48,520 nt of DNA from Octopus bimaculoides (lineage: Eukaryota), in the NCBI RefSeq assembly GCF_001194135.2, contig NC_068986.1, positions 8,793,218 through 8,841,737 on the forward strand, written 5' to 3'. The notes below the pieces were generated by a model. That model saw nothing but the letters and a program-made list of their open reading frames with translations. It searched no databases and had not been told where the DNA came from. The position numbers and the translations under genes were made by a program. The stretch's first letter is position 1; every line of letters begins with the position of its first letter. Below are positions 37,801-48,520 of the stretch, piece after piece.

Positions 37801-38303
37801 CTATGTATCTGGCGCAAAATTGTGCAAAAAAACAATAACAAAAGAGAGACACAGGNNNNNNNNNNNNNNNNNNNNNNNNNNNNNNNNNNNNNNNNNNNNN
37901 NNNNNNNNNNNNNNNNNNNNNNNNNNNNNNNNNNNNNNNNNNNNNNNNNNNNNNNNNNNNNNNNNNNNNNNNNNNNNNNNNNNNNNNNNNNNNNNNNNNN
38001 NNNNNNNNNNNNNNNNNNNNNNNNNNNNNNNNNNNNNNNNNNNNNNNNNNNNNNNNNNNNNNNNNNNNNNNNNNNNNNNNNNNNNNNNNNNNNNNNNNNN
38101 NNNNNNNNNNNNNNNNNNNNNNNNNNNNNNNNNNNNNNNNNNNNNNNNNNNNNNNNNNNNNNNNNNNNNNNNNNNNNNNNNNNNNNNNNNNNNNNNNNNN
38201 NNNNNNNNNNNNNNNNNNNNNNNNNNNNNNNNNNNNNNNNNNNNNNNNNNNNNNNNNNNNNNNNNNNNNNNNNNNNNNNNNNNNNNNNNNNNNNNNNNNN
38301 NNN

Positions 38304-38354
<51 letters not shown>

Positions 38355-38703
38355 CTAGGGCTTACTATATATTAGTCAATGTTATATAAATATAAGGTAA
38401 GAGAGTGATTTAAGACAGACAAGATAGACAAATGCAAATAAGATTCGATCAACAGACCGACAGAAAAGCAGACCGACAGAGAAACAGAACAATAGACAGA
38501 TCAACAGCCAAGTAGACAAATATACGGACAGACACAGAGAAGAAGATAAATAAAGAGGTAGGCAGATATAGAGGTGGAAAGATAAACAGAGAAGTAGAGG
38601 AAAGAAGATGGAGAAAGAAGCAGATAAGTGACAGATTTAGTGACGATTGGATTTCGAGATGACATACACAGTAGAATTGAGTCGTTAAAATCACAGAAGA
38701 TTT

Positions 38704-38729
38704 CATTTTCGTGTTATAACACGAAAATG
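38704..38729. other. 26-bp perfect palindrome
   Basis: CATTTTCGTGTTATAACACGAAAATG equals its own reverse complement. Confidence 0.95.
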
Positions 38730-40671
38730 TTCGAGAGTAGTTAGCATGACAAAGCACATTCGTGTCCAAGTTGTATGACGAGGGCAGAGTATATTAGTCT
38801 GAAGAATTCAATTTTGATGAGAAAGAAAATAGCGAAGTTATGACTTTCTTTCTAGTCTGGTGCATTAGCGATGTAAATGAAATTAGTACAGCTTGACAGA
38901 AGCAGCTTCCAGTTATGCCACGGCATTGATCTCATCATAAAGATAAACAAGTAGAGGAATAAATAGGAAGTTAAAGAAAACGAGAGAGAGAGAGAGGATT
39001 GAGAGAGAGGGAGAAAGTATTGAGAGAGAGTGAGAGAGAGAGTGGGTGTGGGAAACAGAGAGGGTTGGACGAGAGAAAAGGTGGTGGTGGTGGTGGTGGT
39101 GGTGGTGGTGGAGAGAGACGGAAAGGTGGGGGAGAGGNNNNNNNNNNNNNNNNNNNNNNNNNNNNNNNNNNNNNNNNNNNNNNNNNNNNNNNNNNNNNNN
39201 NNNNNNNNNNNNNNNNNNNNNNNNNNNNNNNNNNNNNNNNNNNNNNNNNNNNNNNNNNNNNNNNNNNNNNNNNNNNNNNNNNNNNNNNNNNNNNNNNNNN
39301 NNNNNNNNNNNNNNNNNNNNNNNNNNNNNNNNNNNNNNNNNNNNNNNNNNNNNNNNNNNNNNNNNNNNNNNNNNNNNNNNNNNNNNNNNNNNNNNNNNNN
39401 NNNNNNNNNNNNNNNNNNNNNNNNNNNNNNNNNNNNNNNNNNNNNNNNNNNNNNNNNNNNNNNNNNNNNNNNNNNNNNNNNNNNNNNNNNNNNNNNNNNN
39501 NNNNNNNNNNNNNNNNNNNNNNNNNNNNNNNNNNNNNNNNNNNNNNNNNNNNNNNNNNNNNNNNNNNNNNNNNNNNNNNNNNNNNNNNNNNNNNNNNNNN
39601 NNNNNNNNNNNNNNNNNNNNNNNNNNNNNNNNNNNNNNNNNNNNNNNNNNNNNNNNNNNNNNNNNNNNNNNNNNNNNNNNNNNNNNNNNNNNNNNNNNNN
39701 NNNNNNNNNNNNNNNNNNNNNNNNNNNNNNNNNNNNNNNNNNNNNNNNNNNNNNNNNNNNNNNNNNNNNNNNNNNNNNNNNNNNNNNNNNNNNNNNNNNN
39801 NNNNNNNNNNNNNNNNNNNNNNNNNNNNNNNNNNNNNNNNNNNNNNNNNNNNNNNNNNNNNNNNNNNNNNNNNNNNNNNNNNNNNNNNNNNNNNNNNNNN
39901 NNNNNNNNNNNNNNNNNNNNNNNNNNNNNNNNNNNNNNNNNNNNNNNNNNNNNNNNNNNNNNNNNNNNNNNNNNNNNNNNNNNNNNNNNNNNNNNNNNNN
40001 NNNNNNNNNNNNNNNNNNNNNNNNNNNNNNNNNNNNNNNNNNNTAAACAACTAAATAAATACAAAAAAAAAACGTAACAAGAAGCAAAAGCGAATAAATA
40101 TATAAAAAAGAACGAGAAAAAAAACAGCCTTTTAAAGTTTGTCTAAATGAAAATCTATTTTAAAAAGGAGTAGGTATTTTGCCTGAAAACACGAAAATGC
40201 ACGAATTAAAGTTGAGACTAGCATGGAAGGACACTGCTTGAAAAGAAAGAAAAGTGAAAAAAAGTGTTAGAAAATAAGAAAGAAAAGAAATACTATTTTC
40301 TTTCTCTTCTTTCTTTTTTTTTTTTTTTTACCAAGATATAATGAATCACTATTGAGTCACGTAGATGTAGGAAGATTTGCTGCTAATTACCACGAAAAAG
40401 CTTCCCATAATGCATCACACACACCGACAGAGACTGAGAGGAGTTTTTCATAAGAGACAAGTATATGACAATTTGGATTATATATATATATATATATAAA
40501 ACTGTCTGCCTACGTACATACGTACGTACGTATCTATCTATCTATTAAAATAATTGGATTAAGTTATTTGCTCTTGACGCAAGACATCTTGCGCGATTCC
40601 CAATCACACAAGAATAACTTAGTTCTCATCTTTGGAGATGGAACAAGAAATAAGATTAACAAGAAAAGCTA

Positions 40672-40672
40672 T

Positions 40673-40726
<54 letters not shown>

Positions 40727-40753
40727 CACCACCACCACTACTACTACTACTAC
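40672..40753. repeat. (TAC)n-(CAC)n-(TAC)n microsatellite
   Basis: Directly visible. Confidence 0.95.
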
Positions 40754-40755
40754 AA

Positions 40756-40946
40756 GTTTCAAATTTTGACTCAAGCCCAGCTGTTTCATGTAGAGGATGT
40801 TACCCGATTACAGGGGTCAACTGGTCTTCTATTTCATCGACCCTGAAAGGCAAAGTTGAGCTCGGTGGTATTTGAACTTAGAACGTAAAAAGCGTGAAGA
40901 AATGCTGCAAGGTATTTTGTCCGATGCGCTAACGATTCTGCCAGCT
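40756..40946 (-). mobile_element. SINE family A, old monomer
   Basis: gtttcaaattttgactcaagcccagc..atcgaccctgaaaggcaaagttgag..gctaacgattctgccagct. Confidence 0.78.
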
Positions 40947-41135
40947 TTAGGAAACCTCGTGGCATCAGAACTGCAAAACATTATTATCATAGGTACTGCC
41001 CACATTCTAAAGAAGACATTGTCAACTTGAAAATGCTTGATTCTCTCAAATCTCTTTCAAAGCTGAAATATTACGAATTTAATAGAATTTTAGTTCTCAG
41101 ATTCTGGTCTCCTTCCCATAAATAACATTTCACAG

Positions 41136-41209
41136 TCAAATGTTCATCTTGCTCGAGGGCTGTGAGGGAGACTCGGAACAGTTCGAAGAGAAAGAAAGCA
41201 ACACTGATG

Positions 41210-41267
<58 letters not shown>

Positions 41268-41334
41268 ACAAACAAACAAGAAAACCAACAGTAATAGTAA
41301 AAACAGTTTTCTTGGGAACAGCTCGTGCCCTGAG
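41136..41334 (+). CDS. Candidate internal exon of an unknown host gene, encoding a poly-Asn tract
   Basis: Acceptor ..catttcacag at 41135 and donor GAG|GTAAGT at 41334/41335. Only one + frame is open: QMFILLEGCEGDSEQFEEKESNTDV(N)nKQTNKKTNSNSKNSFLGNSSCPE. No homology recognised, and a - frame is also open. Confidence 0.3.
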
Positions 41335-41420
41335 GTAAGTCTTGTTATTACCTGCTTTCAAGTAATGAAAAGTGGGAATTAAGATTTACCCGCGGCTTAG
41401 AGAAAGATAGAAATAACAAT

Positions 41421-41566
41421 AATCCTTTCTATTATAGGCACAAAGCGTGAGATTTTTTGTGGGTTGGGGGTAAGTCGGTTGGTTACGTCGACCCAACTAC
41501 TCAACTGGTAATTATTTTATCAACCCCAAAGGGATGAAAGGCAGAGTCTTCCTCGGCGGAATTTTA
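41421..41566 (-). mobile_element. SINE family A, 3' half (gtagaaagg-type tail)
   Basis: aatcctttctattataggcacaaagc..caactggtaattattttatcaaccccaaagggatgaaaggcagagtc. Confidence 0.75.
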
Positions 41567-41580
41567 ACGTAAATAACGAT

Positions 41581-41708
41581 AATAAAAATCGGACATTGTT
41601 GTGGTGAAAAAAAAAAAAGAAGAAAGAACGTGTATGATAATCGATATATCATGTCCTGGTGACAAGAAGATCAAAGAGAAAGAAGAAGAAAAACTGAACA
41701 ACTATGAC
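41581..41708 (+). mobile_element. Dong/R4 RLE fragment (i)
   Basis: SDIVVVKKKKEERTCMIIDISCPGDKKIKEKEEEKLNNYD matches the PD..D..CP...K..EK..KY RLE core. Confidence 0.78.
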
Positions 41709-42673
41709 TGGCCAAATACCTTAAAACAACCAACTGAAACTTGTTGAAAAACGTGAAAGGCCGAAAAAAATTCACTCTATTCTGAAAGAGAGGAAGAAAT
41801 TCGCTACTGATCTCTTAGATACCTACCAGATTGATCAGGTTGAAGGAAATGCGCCAACTGTTGCTGCAAAGAAAATAAAATTAATTGCAAAGACAAAAGC
41901 ACATGAAAAATTAGCTAGCAGATGGGAACAGAAACCTCTGCATGGCAAGTATTCGGCCCGTAGCAAACAAGCTGATGTCGACCAGAAACACATGTATTAG
42001 TGGTTACGAAGCTGAGGGCTAAAAGCAGAGAGTGAAGGTTTCATATTAGCTGCTCAAGACCAAAGCTTATTAACCCGGAACTACCAAGCCAATGTGATAA
42101 AAAATGGAGCTGACCCAAAATGCCGATTCTGTAACGATGAGATTGAAACTATAGACCACCTAATCTCAGGGTGTAGAGCCTTAGCACCTGTAGAATATAA
42201 AGCAAGACATGACAGAGTCGGCCAGTATTTACACTGGACAATGTGTCGGCATTATAAAATCAAAACCGCTGACAAATAGTATAACCACCATCCTGAAGCT
42301 GTGACTGAGGGAGAAAATGTGTCGATTCTCTGGGACTTCGCCGTACACACCGACAAAACTATAAAAGCTAATAAACCGGATATTATTATAAAAGATCAGA
42401 CAAAAAAGATGTGTTTATTAATTGACATGATCAATATAGCGGCGAAAGAATTTGACAAGATCAGTTAATATAAAAACTTGCTAAGAGAAATTGAAAAAAT
42501 GTGGCATCTCAAGGCGACTACCGTACCAGTGATTGCAGGATCTGTAGGAATGATAAAAATATGGTACTGAAACCTATTTGAAAATGATACCAGGCCTACC
42601 ATTCCTACAGGAAGTGCAAAAAATCGTGTTAACTGGAACGACTCATGTACCGAGAAGAGCATTATCGCTGTGA
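41709..42673 (+). mobile_element. Dong/R4 fragment (ii), same subfamily as 34747-35676
   Basis: RWEQKPLHGKY..WLRS*GLKAESEGFILAAQDQSLLTRNY..KCRFCNDEIETIDHLISGC..HDRVGQYLHW..ILWDFAVHTDKTIKANKPDIIIKD..EIEKMWHLK..RRALSL*. Confidence 0.92.
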
Positions 42674-42689
42674 AAACTGATTCAGTCCA

Positions 42690-43092
42690 TCCATGAGAAT
42701 AGGAAACCATATATAGTGTTAATTGAGAAAGAAAGCAAACTATGCTGGACCATAGATATAGCATGCCCAGCTAAAAACGAGGTATGCGATAAGGAAGAAA
42801 AAGAAGTCGATAGATATAACAGGTTAGCTTGGGAAGTTAAGCAGTTGTGGTCGATGAAAAAGGTGGTAGTAGTACCAATAATTGTCGGAGCCCTGGGAAC
42901 AGTGAGTAAAAATCTTGAGAAGCACATGGAACAAATAGGGGCTGCAATAAGGGTGGAGCACAAAACAGCACTGCTTAGAACCGCTCGAATACTCCAGAAG
43001 GTGCTCGAAAAATAAGGGTTGTTACTTTAGTTCACTGGTAGTGAACAGCTGACACCGTAGTACATCTCCAGCGTTAGAAGCTGTGCAAAGGC
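42690..43092 (+). mobile_element. Dong/R4 fragment (iii): RLE, 3' UTR and (AAT)n tail
   Basis: RKPYIVLIEKESKLCWTIDIACPAKNEVCDKEEKEVDRYNRLAWEVKQLW..VPIIVGALGTV..TARILQKVLEK*, then about 75 bp of UTR and (AAT)n at 43093-43155. Confidence 0.9.

Positions 43093-43155
<63 letters not shown>
43093..43155. repeat. (AAT)n
   Basis: Directly visible. Confidence 0.97.
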
Positions 43156-44282
43156 TAATCATAGGATTCGAAGTAACTAGCGATGGACAACGTTAGTAAG
43201 TAGGAAGTACCAACAGAGAGTATCTACAAAGAATAGAAACAGTTCAAAAGGGGAGTCTATTGGTTTACTGCGAGGAAGAGGGAAATTCTAACGTTTCGGT
43301 CAGAATCAGTTGTCACAGAGAAATATAGAATTATTGTTAGGAGTGAATTAAGAGGAGAGAGAGAGAGAGAGAGAGAGAGGAGGGGAATAGGTAGAGATAG
43401 AGAGGAGGAGGGGAATAGGGAGAGATAGAAAGGAAGGGGGAGTGTGGAGAAGAGAGAAGCGAAAAATAAGCGAGTGGAGAGAAATACTGGAAACAACTTC
43501 TACAGTGTATTGTCTTTCCATGTGCAAATACACATAAACATGTTAAATATGGCTGCACATAATTATAATTCCTTAATCTGTTTATCAAGGTATGTTTAGT
43601 AATTCCGAAAGTCAGTAGTTCTTGCATGATTTCTTCTTTTCTAAACTGGAGTCGCATCTCATTCTCATTTGAGTCAGAGTCATCAAGTTAGTAAACATAA
43701 TTTCATTCAAAATTTTTGGAGATTAGCAAACCTCTACATTTTGGAATCATCAGAGCATGGAGAATCCGAAAAATCAATGTTGCTATTTGTTCAAGCAACA
43801 CCATAAACGCCATTTTGCATTTTCAAATAAATATACCTCGACTCGTAGTCGATCTAGAAATTTAATTAAGTCTGCTAATCCTATGTTTTCAGGGCCAAAG
43901 AATCGGATAAAGGCCAAAAATAATGCTTAAGATAATAGATAATAGAAAACTCAGCAAGTATTACTGAAAACTATCGTCATCAGTGTTTGTGACTTTACTG
44001 TATAACACACGTTGCAAGTTCTATGAAGTTTTAGGTATGAGTTTATAAAAGGAAGAAAACAGTTTGCTAGTTCTTAGATTCAATTTAAAATTCTATAAGC
44101 ATTCTCGACGAGGTTCATATCGTTCAGCATTATTTAATTATAGATTTTCATTTCAGTCTTCAATGTAATTTTCGGCATTACTGTCTGGGCCATTTTGGCG
44201 GTCTCTTCTATACAAAGGTGTCTGCAAGTCGTGTCCCCTGCCATTTCTCAATGCTGAAAGTCCACAGATATATAACACCGTG

Positions 44283-44582
44283 AAGGCGCGTCGCTTAGTG
44301 GTAAGCTCGTGAGTTCGATTCCCGGCGGCGCGTTGTGTCCGTGGCACTTTATTCACGTTGGGCACTTTATTTCCAGTTGCTCCAGTTCACTCAGCTGGCA
44401 AAAATAAGTTGTACCTTTGGTTCAAAGGGCCAGCCTTGTCACATTCTGTGTGAATCTTTCGGAGAACTACGTTAAGGGTACGTGTGTCTGTGGAGTGCTC
44501 AGCCATTTGCATGTTAATTTCAGGATCAGGCTGCTCCGTTGATCGAATCAACTGGAACCCCAAGTCATTGTAACTGACGGAG
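44283..44582 (+). mobile_element. SINE family C
   Basis: A-box-like cgcttagtgg, B-box gttcgattccc, and ttcactcagctggcaaaaat..gccttgtcacattctgtg..gttgatcgaatcaactggaaccc. Homologous to 17871-18181. Confidence 0.88.
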
Positions 44583-44799
44583 AGTTGGGGGTAGCTTGGC
44601 CCTAATAAACTCCACTACGGAGCCTTCGTAATGATGAGATAGTACCTCACTATAGCCATTTGACTTGAGTTGAAAAGACGGTGTCACATCAAAGTGGCTT
44701 GGCTCCACGCTTCACTTTATATGTGCACATACTCAGTCTACTCCTCAAAGGCATGAACGTAAAGACTAACTTTAAGAGTTTGTGTTAGTTTTGAGTATT

Positions 44800-46520
44800 G
44801 GTATTTAGACACACCTGCTTTCATGTTTTTCATCAGAGAGGAAGTGACTCCTTTGGCGTGTTTACTATTGACGTCATCATTAGTCTGCTTCTGAGGAAAT
44901 GGTACTTGTAGTGTCGTTGTTTCTCTTATGTTTTTCTTTTGATGCTTCAGCTTTTTAGGTGCCAGGAAATAGCTTCGTCAGCACCAGCTGTCTGACACTG
45001 AATTCTTGAATCCATTTACAACAGTAATTTGAGGACTTCAGAGGAAGCTGAAGATGTTTCTGAGATGTTGCTGTCTGTGCATTCTAATGGCTCTTGTTTC
45101 TTTCAAGCTTTTTCACACAATATATGAGCTTTCATTTGTCATTATATGCAAGAATGGTTCCATTCAGGGAAAGTAATGTTCTGCGATTCAGAGGAAACTC
45201 ATGGGTTCCTATTGTATCCTTTTGACTCGACGACAGCCAAAAAGCCGATCTTAACTTTCTTTTATTTCTTTCAGATCCATTCATTGGTCGCCAACCATAG
45301 CAATTTGCTTCTTCTTTCCTGACAAAAGCACGGTATTCTCATACTTCTCGACTGAACCCACAGACTGACATCTTCAACGAGATGTTTGATAATGTATTCT
45401 TTATCGTGCTTCTGGTCTCTTTCATCGATTTTCAACATCTTATAGGGCTCTCTCATGAAGAACTTACGACGTGAACTGATTACCCTCCACACCAAAGAGA
45501 TTTTCGTGATTCTGTGTGATAGATTTAACATTAAAGATACGGTTCATGATAGTCTCTACATCTACCTTGTGATGTTCTTAAGGTTTATGAGCAAGGACAC
45601 TAATTTAACCCTTAAGCTCTGTTTTGAGGTATGACATCTCTGTTGTGGTCAACCACTACCATACATTGGCGTTATTAGAAATACCAATTAACCCAGAATT
45701 AACGTATTACGTAGTCATTCACATACATTGTGGGATACATACAAAGGGAGACAAACAATATTTTACTGTCATGTATTCTTGTCTTGAAGTTCATGTCACA
45801 TTTCTGGGTAGTTTTTCCTCAGATCCTGCGATGTATGGCGGTCAAATACGTTTGCATTTCGTCCAATTTAAGACAAAGAAAAGCTCAATTTGTATTTTTC
45901 CAGTATACAAGCGGAGGACTATATCGGAAGTTCTAGGAGAAGCCAGATGTCTTCGACAAGTCTATTGACTTGATTGAACATAGCGTTAGAATGTTATTCT
46001 TTCTAGGCTTTCAATATCTCAATTGCATGCTCATCGATGAGGGTTTGGTCTATGTTGGTATTGTCATTAGCGGAACATCCTAGAGTCGTGCTTCTGTCAA
46101 TCGCTGACTCATCCAAAGCTTTGCTGGACCTTATTCATTGGCTTTGAGCAGATGAATTTAAAGTTTGGGTTTTCTGTGAAGAACTTGTCTAGGCGAAGTT
46201 CATACAGAGCCAGGCATCAATATGTGTTCGAAGATCTTGCAATAGCTCTTGCGTTGCGGCAGGGCCATAGACATCAGCTTAAATTCATCTACCCAAGAAT
46301 GGATGCACTACATGCCTCCAATAAAGCTGTTACAATGTGTAGCTCATCCAGCCAAGGGAAACTGTCCATTTCATTCCTTGAATCCAGTAACTGGTTCCTT
46401 TCTCGTATAAGGCCTTATTGAAGGGAATCTTGGAAAAGTAACAACTGAAGGAAGCCCTAAAGATGTTAACGGTTGTTATTTTGATCTATAAGACATACGA
46501 TAAATCTATTTAGTTATGTT
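44800..46520 (-). pseudogene. Long decayed ORF of probable transposable-element origin (unclassified)
   Basis: Protein-like - strand stretches broken by stops and a few frameshifts, e.g. MFNQVNRLVEDIWLLLELP, FDRHTSQDLRKNYPE, IVCLPLYVSHN, HHKVDVETIMNRIFNVKSITQNHENLFGVE. No introns evident. Confidence 0.5.
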
Positions 46521-47102
46521 CTTGGATTGACTACAAGTCGAGATAGTGCAAAACACGGCGACCATTTCGAAACTCTAAAATGTCAGCCATTTAAGTGTGA
46601 TGCTAACATCAATTTTTGGTTTCTTCATGCTCTGAAGATTCCATAAATGTATAGTTCTGCAAAATCTAAAAAAAAATTTGAACGAAAAAAAATAAACAAC
46701 AATAGTGACTTTTACTATTTGATGAAGGCTGACGAATCGCGGCCCGGAAAACTCAACGCGTAACCTTTGTGCACTTTTAACAGAGTCTCTTGTTTCAATC
46801 ATTTGTGGAAGTTTCTAGGCTATGAGGTCACTGATATTCCCCTCTGCCATATTTGCTAAATATAAATGTTGCGCGTATTTTATCTTCTTTTTTTACCCAT
46901 TTGTTTTTGTAGTTTTATCAGTATATATATATATTTTATCTTACTATCGAATTGCACTGCATTTTTCCCTGACTTGTTTGACTAAGAGTAAGTTTTATCT
47001 CTGTTGTACTTTTGCTTTGGTAGTTCTGTCTATTGCTGTTCTAACAGAGAATTTCAGAACTTCTGTTCATTTCCCTTTGTTTGTCAGTGCATTTATTTGT
47101 TT

Positions 47103-47536
47103 AAGGCAACGAGCTGGCAGAAACGTTAGCACGCCGGGCGAAATGCTAAGTGGTGTTTCGTCTGCCGTTACGTTCCGAGTTCAAATTCCGCCGAGGTTGA
47201 CTTTGCGTTTCATCCTTTCGGGGTCGATAAATTAAGTACCAGTTACGCACTGAGGTCGATGTAATCGACTTAACCCCTTTGTCTGTCCCTGTTTGTCCCC
47301 TCTATGTTTAGCTCCTTGTGGGCAATAAAGAAATAAGAAACGTTAGCATGTCGGGCGAAATGCTTAGCGGTGTTTCGTTTGTCTTTAAGTTTTGAGTTCA
47401 AATTCTGCCAAGGTCGACTTTGTCTTTCATCCTTTCGGGATCAATAAATTAAGTACCAGTTGCGTACTGGGGTTGATCTAATGGACTGCTCCCCCTCCAA
47501 ATATTTCGAGCCTTATTCCTCGAGTAGAAAAGAATA
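47103..47536 (+). mobile_element. SINE family A, dimeric copy
   Basis: Monomer, tail module (ctttgtctgtccctgtttgtcccctc..gtgggcaataaagaaataag), 5'-clipped monomer, then gtagaaaaga tail. Same junction as 1455-1962. Confidence 0.9.
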
Positions 47537-48224
47537 TATTTATTTGTTCTTCCGAATGATTTTGTCTCGTCTCTTAAATATTTCGGTGTTAATCTATTTC
47601 ATCGTTTGTTTTCTTATTGTTTTATGCATTTTATCTTCTTTTTTCATTCCATCTTCTTCTTTTTAAATTCCTTTTGCATTATTTTTCTCTTCAAACCCTT
47701 ATTTTCAATTTTGAAAATATATCCCCTCGAATTTGGTCTACACCGTCTAAAATTAGGTAAGAGAATAACTACAAATATTGGTGTGTCGAGTGGTGTGAGC
47801 TGGGTCCTTATTAAAACGATTAAATTACCCCTTGTACACATATATTTGCTACTTTTAAAACTATATCTTTAAAGACCATTTCACATTTGTTAGACATTGA
47901 CATTGTAAGCGCCATTTACTTTTATTGTCTTCCTTGGTAGATATAAGGATTTTAAGAAAACTACATAAAATATCAAATAATGGAATTTATCAAAACGAAC
48001 AACAGTAAAATTTATGAAAAGTCATGCAAACAAAATGTGCTGACTTTTAATGCGTTTCATGTAGTTATAAGTTGGAAATTGAAATGATACCTGATATGAA
48101 CTTTTGGTATTTTTAATGTTAATACATGTATCTTGATATATGATATTCATAATATAAAATATATGGTACATACGATTAGATATGATACAAATAATATATG
48201 ATATATATATATATATGGGAGAAT

Positions 48225-48520
48225 ATACGAAAAAACAACAACAGACGAGGACAGGTGGTGTAAATAACAAAAGGATGTATTAGTATGACGCTCGGGAATA
48301 CGGAAAGTCTTTGACGTTTGGAGCTACGCTCTTCAACAGAAAGAATACGGAGACAAGGAGAAAAACACGGAGAAAAAAAATTGAATAGTGTCCAGTCAAC
48401 GGTCAATCATAATAATGGCTGATCGTAACAATGGCTGACCGGAAGTTAGAAATTCTTTTTTCAGGAGAGCTAAGAAAAGGGGGAGATAACAAACGGTGAT
48501 CGAAGAACGAGGGGCTGTGT
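48225..48520 (-). mobile_element. Penelope-type terminal-repeat relic with a decayed hammerhead-like motif
   Basis: The - strand at 48305-48340 reads tctg-TTGAAGA-gcgtagctc-CAAAC-GTC-aaagac. Confidence 0.55.

Noticed and set aside
42666-42683. Partial match to bantam miRNA (tgtgaaaactgatt)
   Set aside because: The seed does not match, there is no hairpin, and it overlaps the stop codon of Dong fragment (ii).

Overview
Eukaryotic, repeat-saturated and almost entirely non-coding DNA with about 5.1 kb of N in 11 scaffold gaps. The tRNA-headed SINE families and dense di/tri/tetranucleotide microsatellites look like an Octopus (coleoid cephalopod) short-read assembly; this assignment comes from recall of these repeat families, not from a search. 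No intact protein-coding gene, RNA gene or CRISPR array is supported. Nearly all long ORFs in the supplied track are microsatellite or N artefacts. The window does contain: about 17 copies of three SINE families (A, B, C; my labels); six relics of restriction-like-endonuclease (R4/Dong-type) non-LTR retrotransposons tied to microsatellites; RTE-type LINE relics; Penelope-like relics, several with decayed minimal hammerhead-ribozyme motifs; Tc1/mariner relics; and a hAT MITE with its target-site duplication (TSD). It also has a >=1.2 kb inverted duplication at about 94% identity, a 141-bp inverted repeat pair enclosing a Dong insertion, a long unclassified decayed ORF, and two weak host-exon candidates on the + strand. 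I did not find a convincing new biological system. The best leads are the microsatellite-linked R4/Dong elements, the inverted duplication with a possible first exon, the decayed ORF with a possible protease motif, and the poly-Asn exon candidate.
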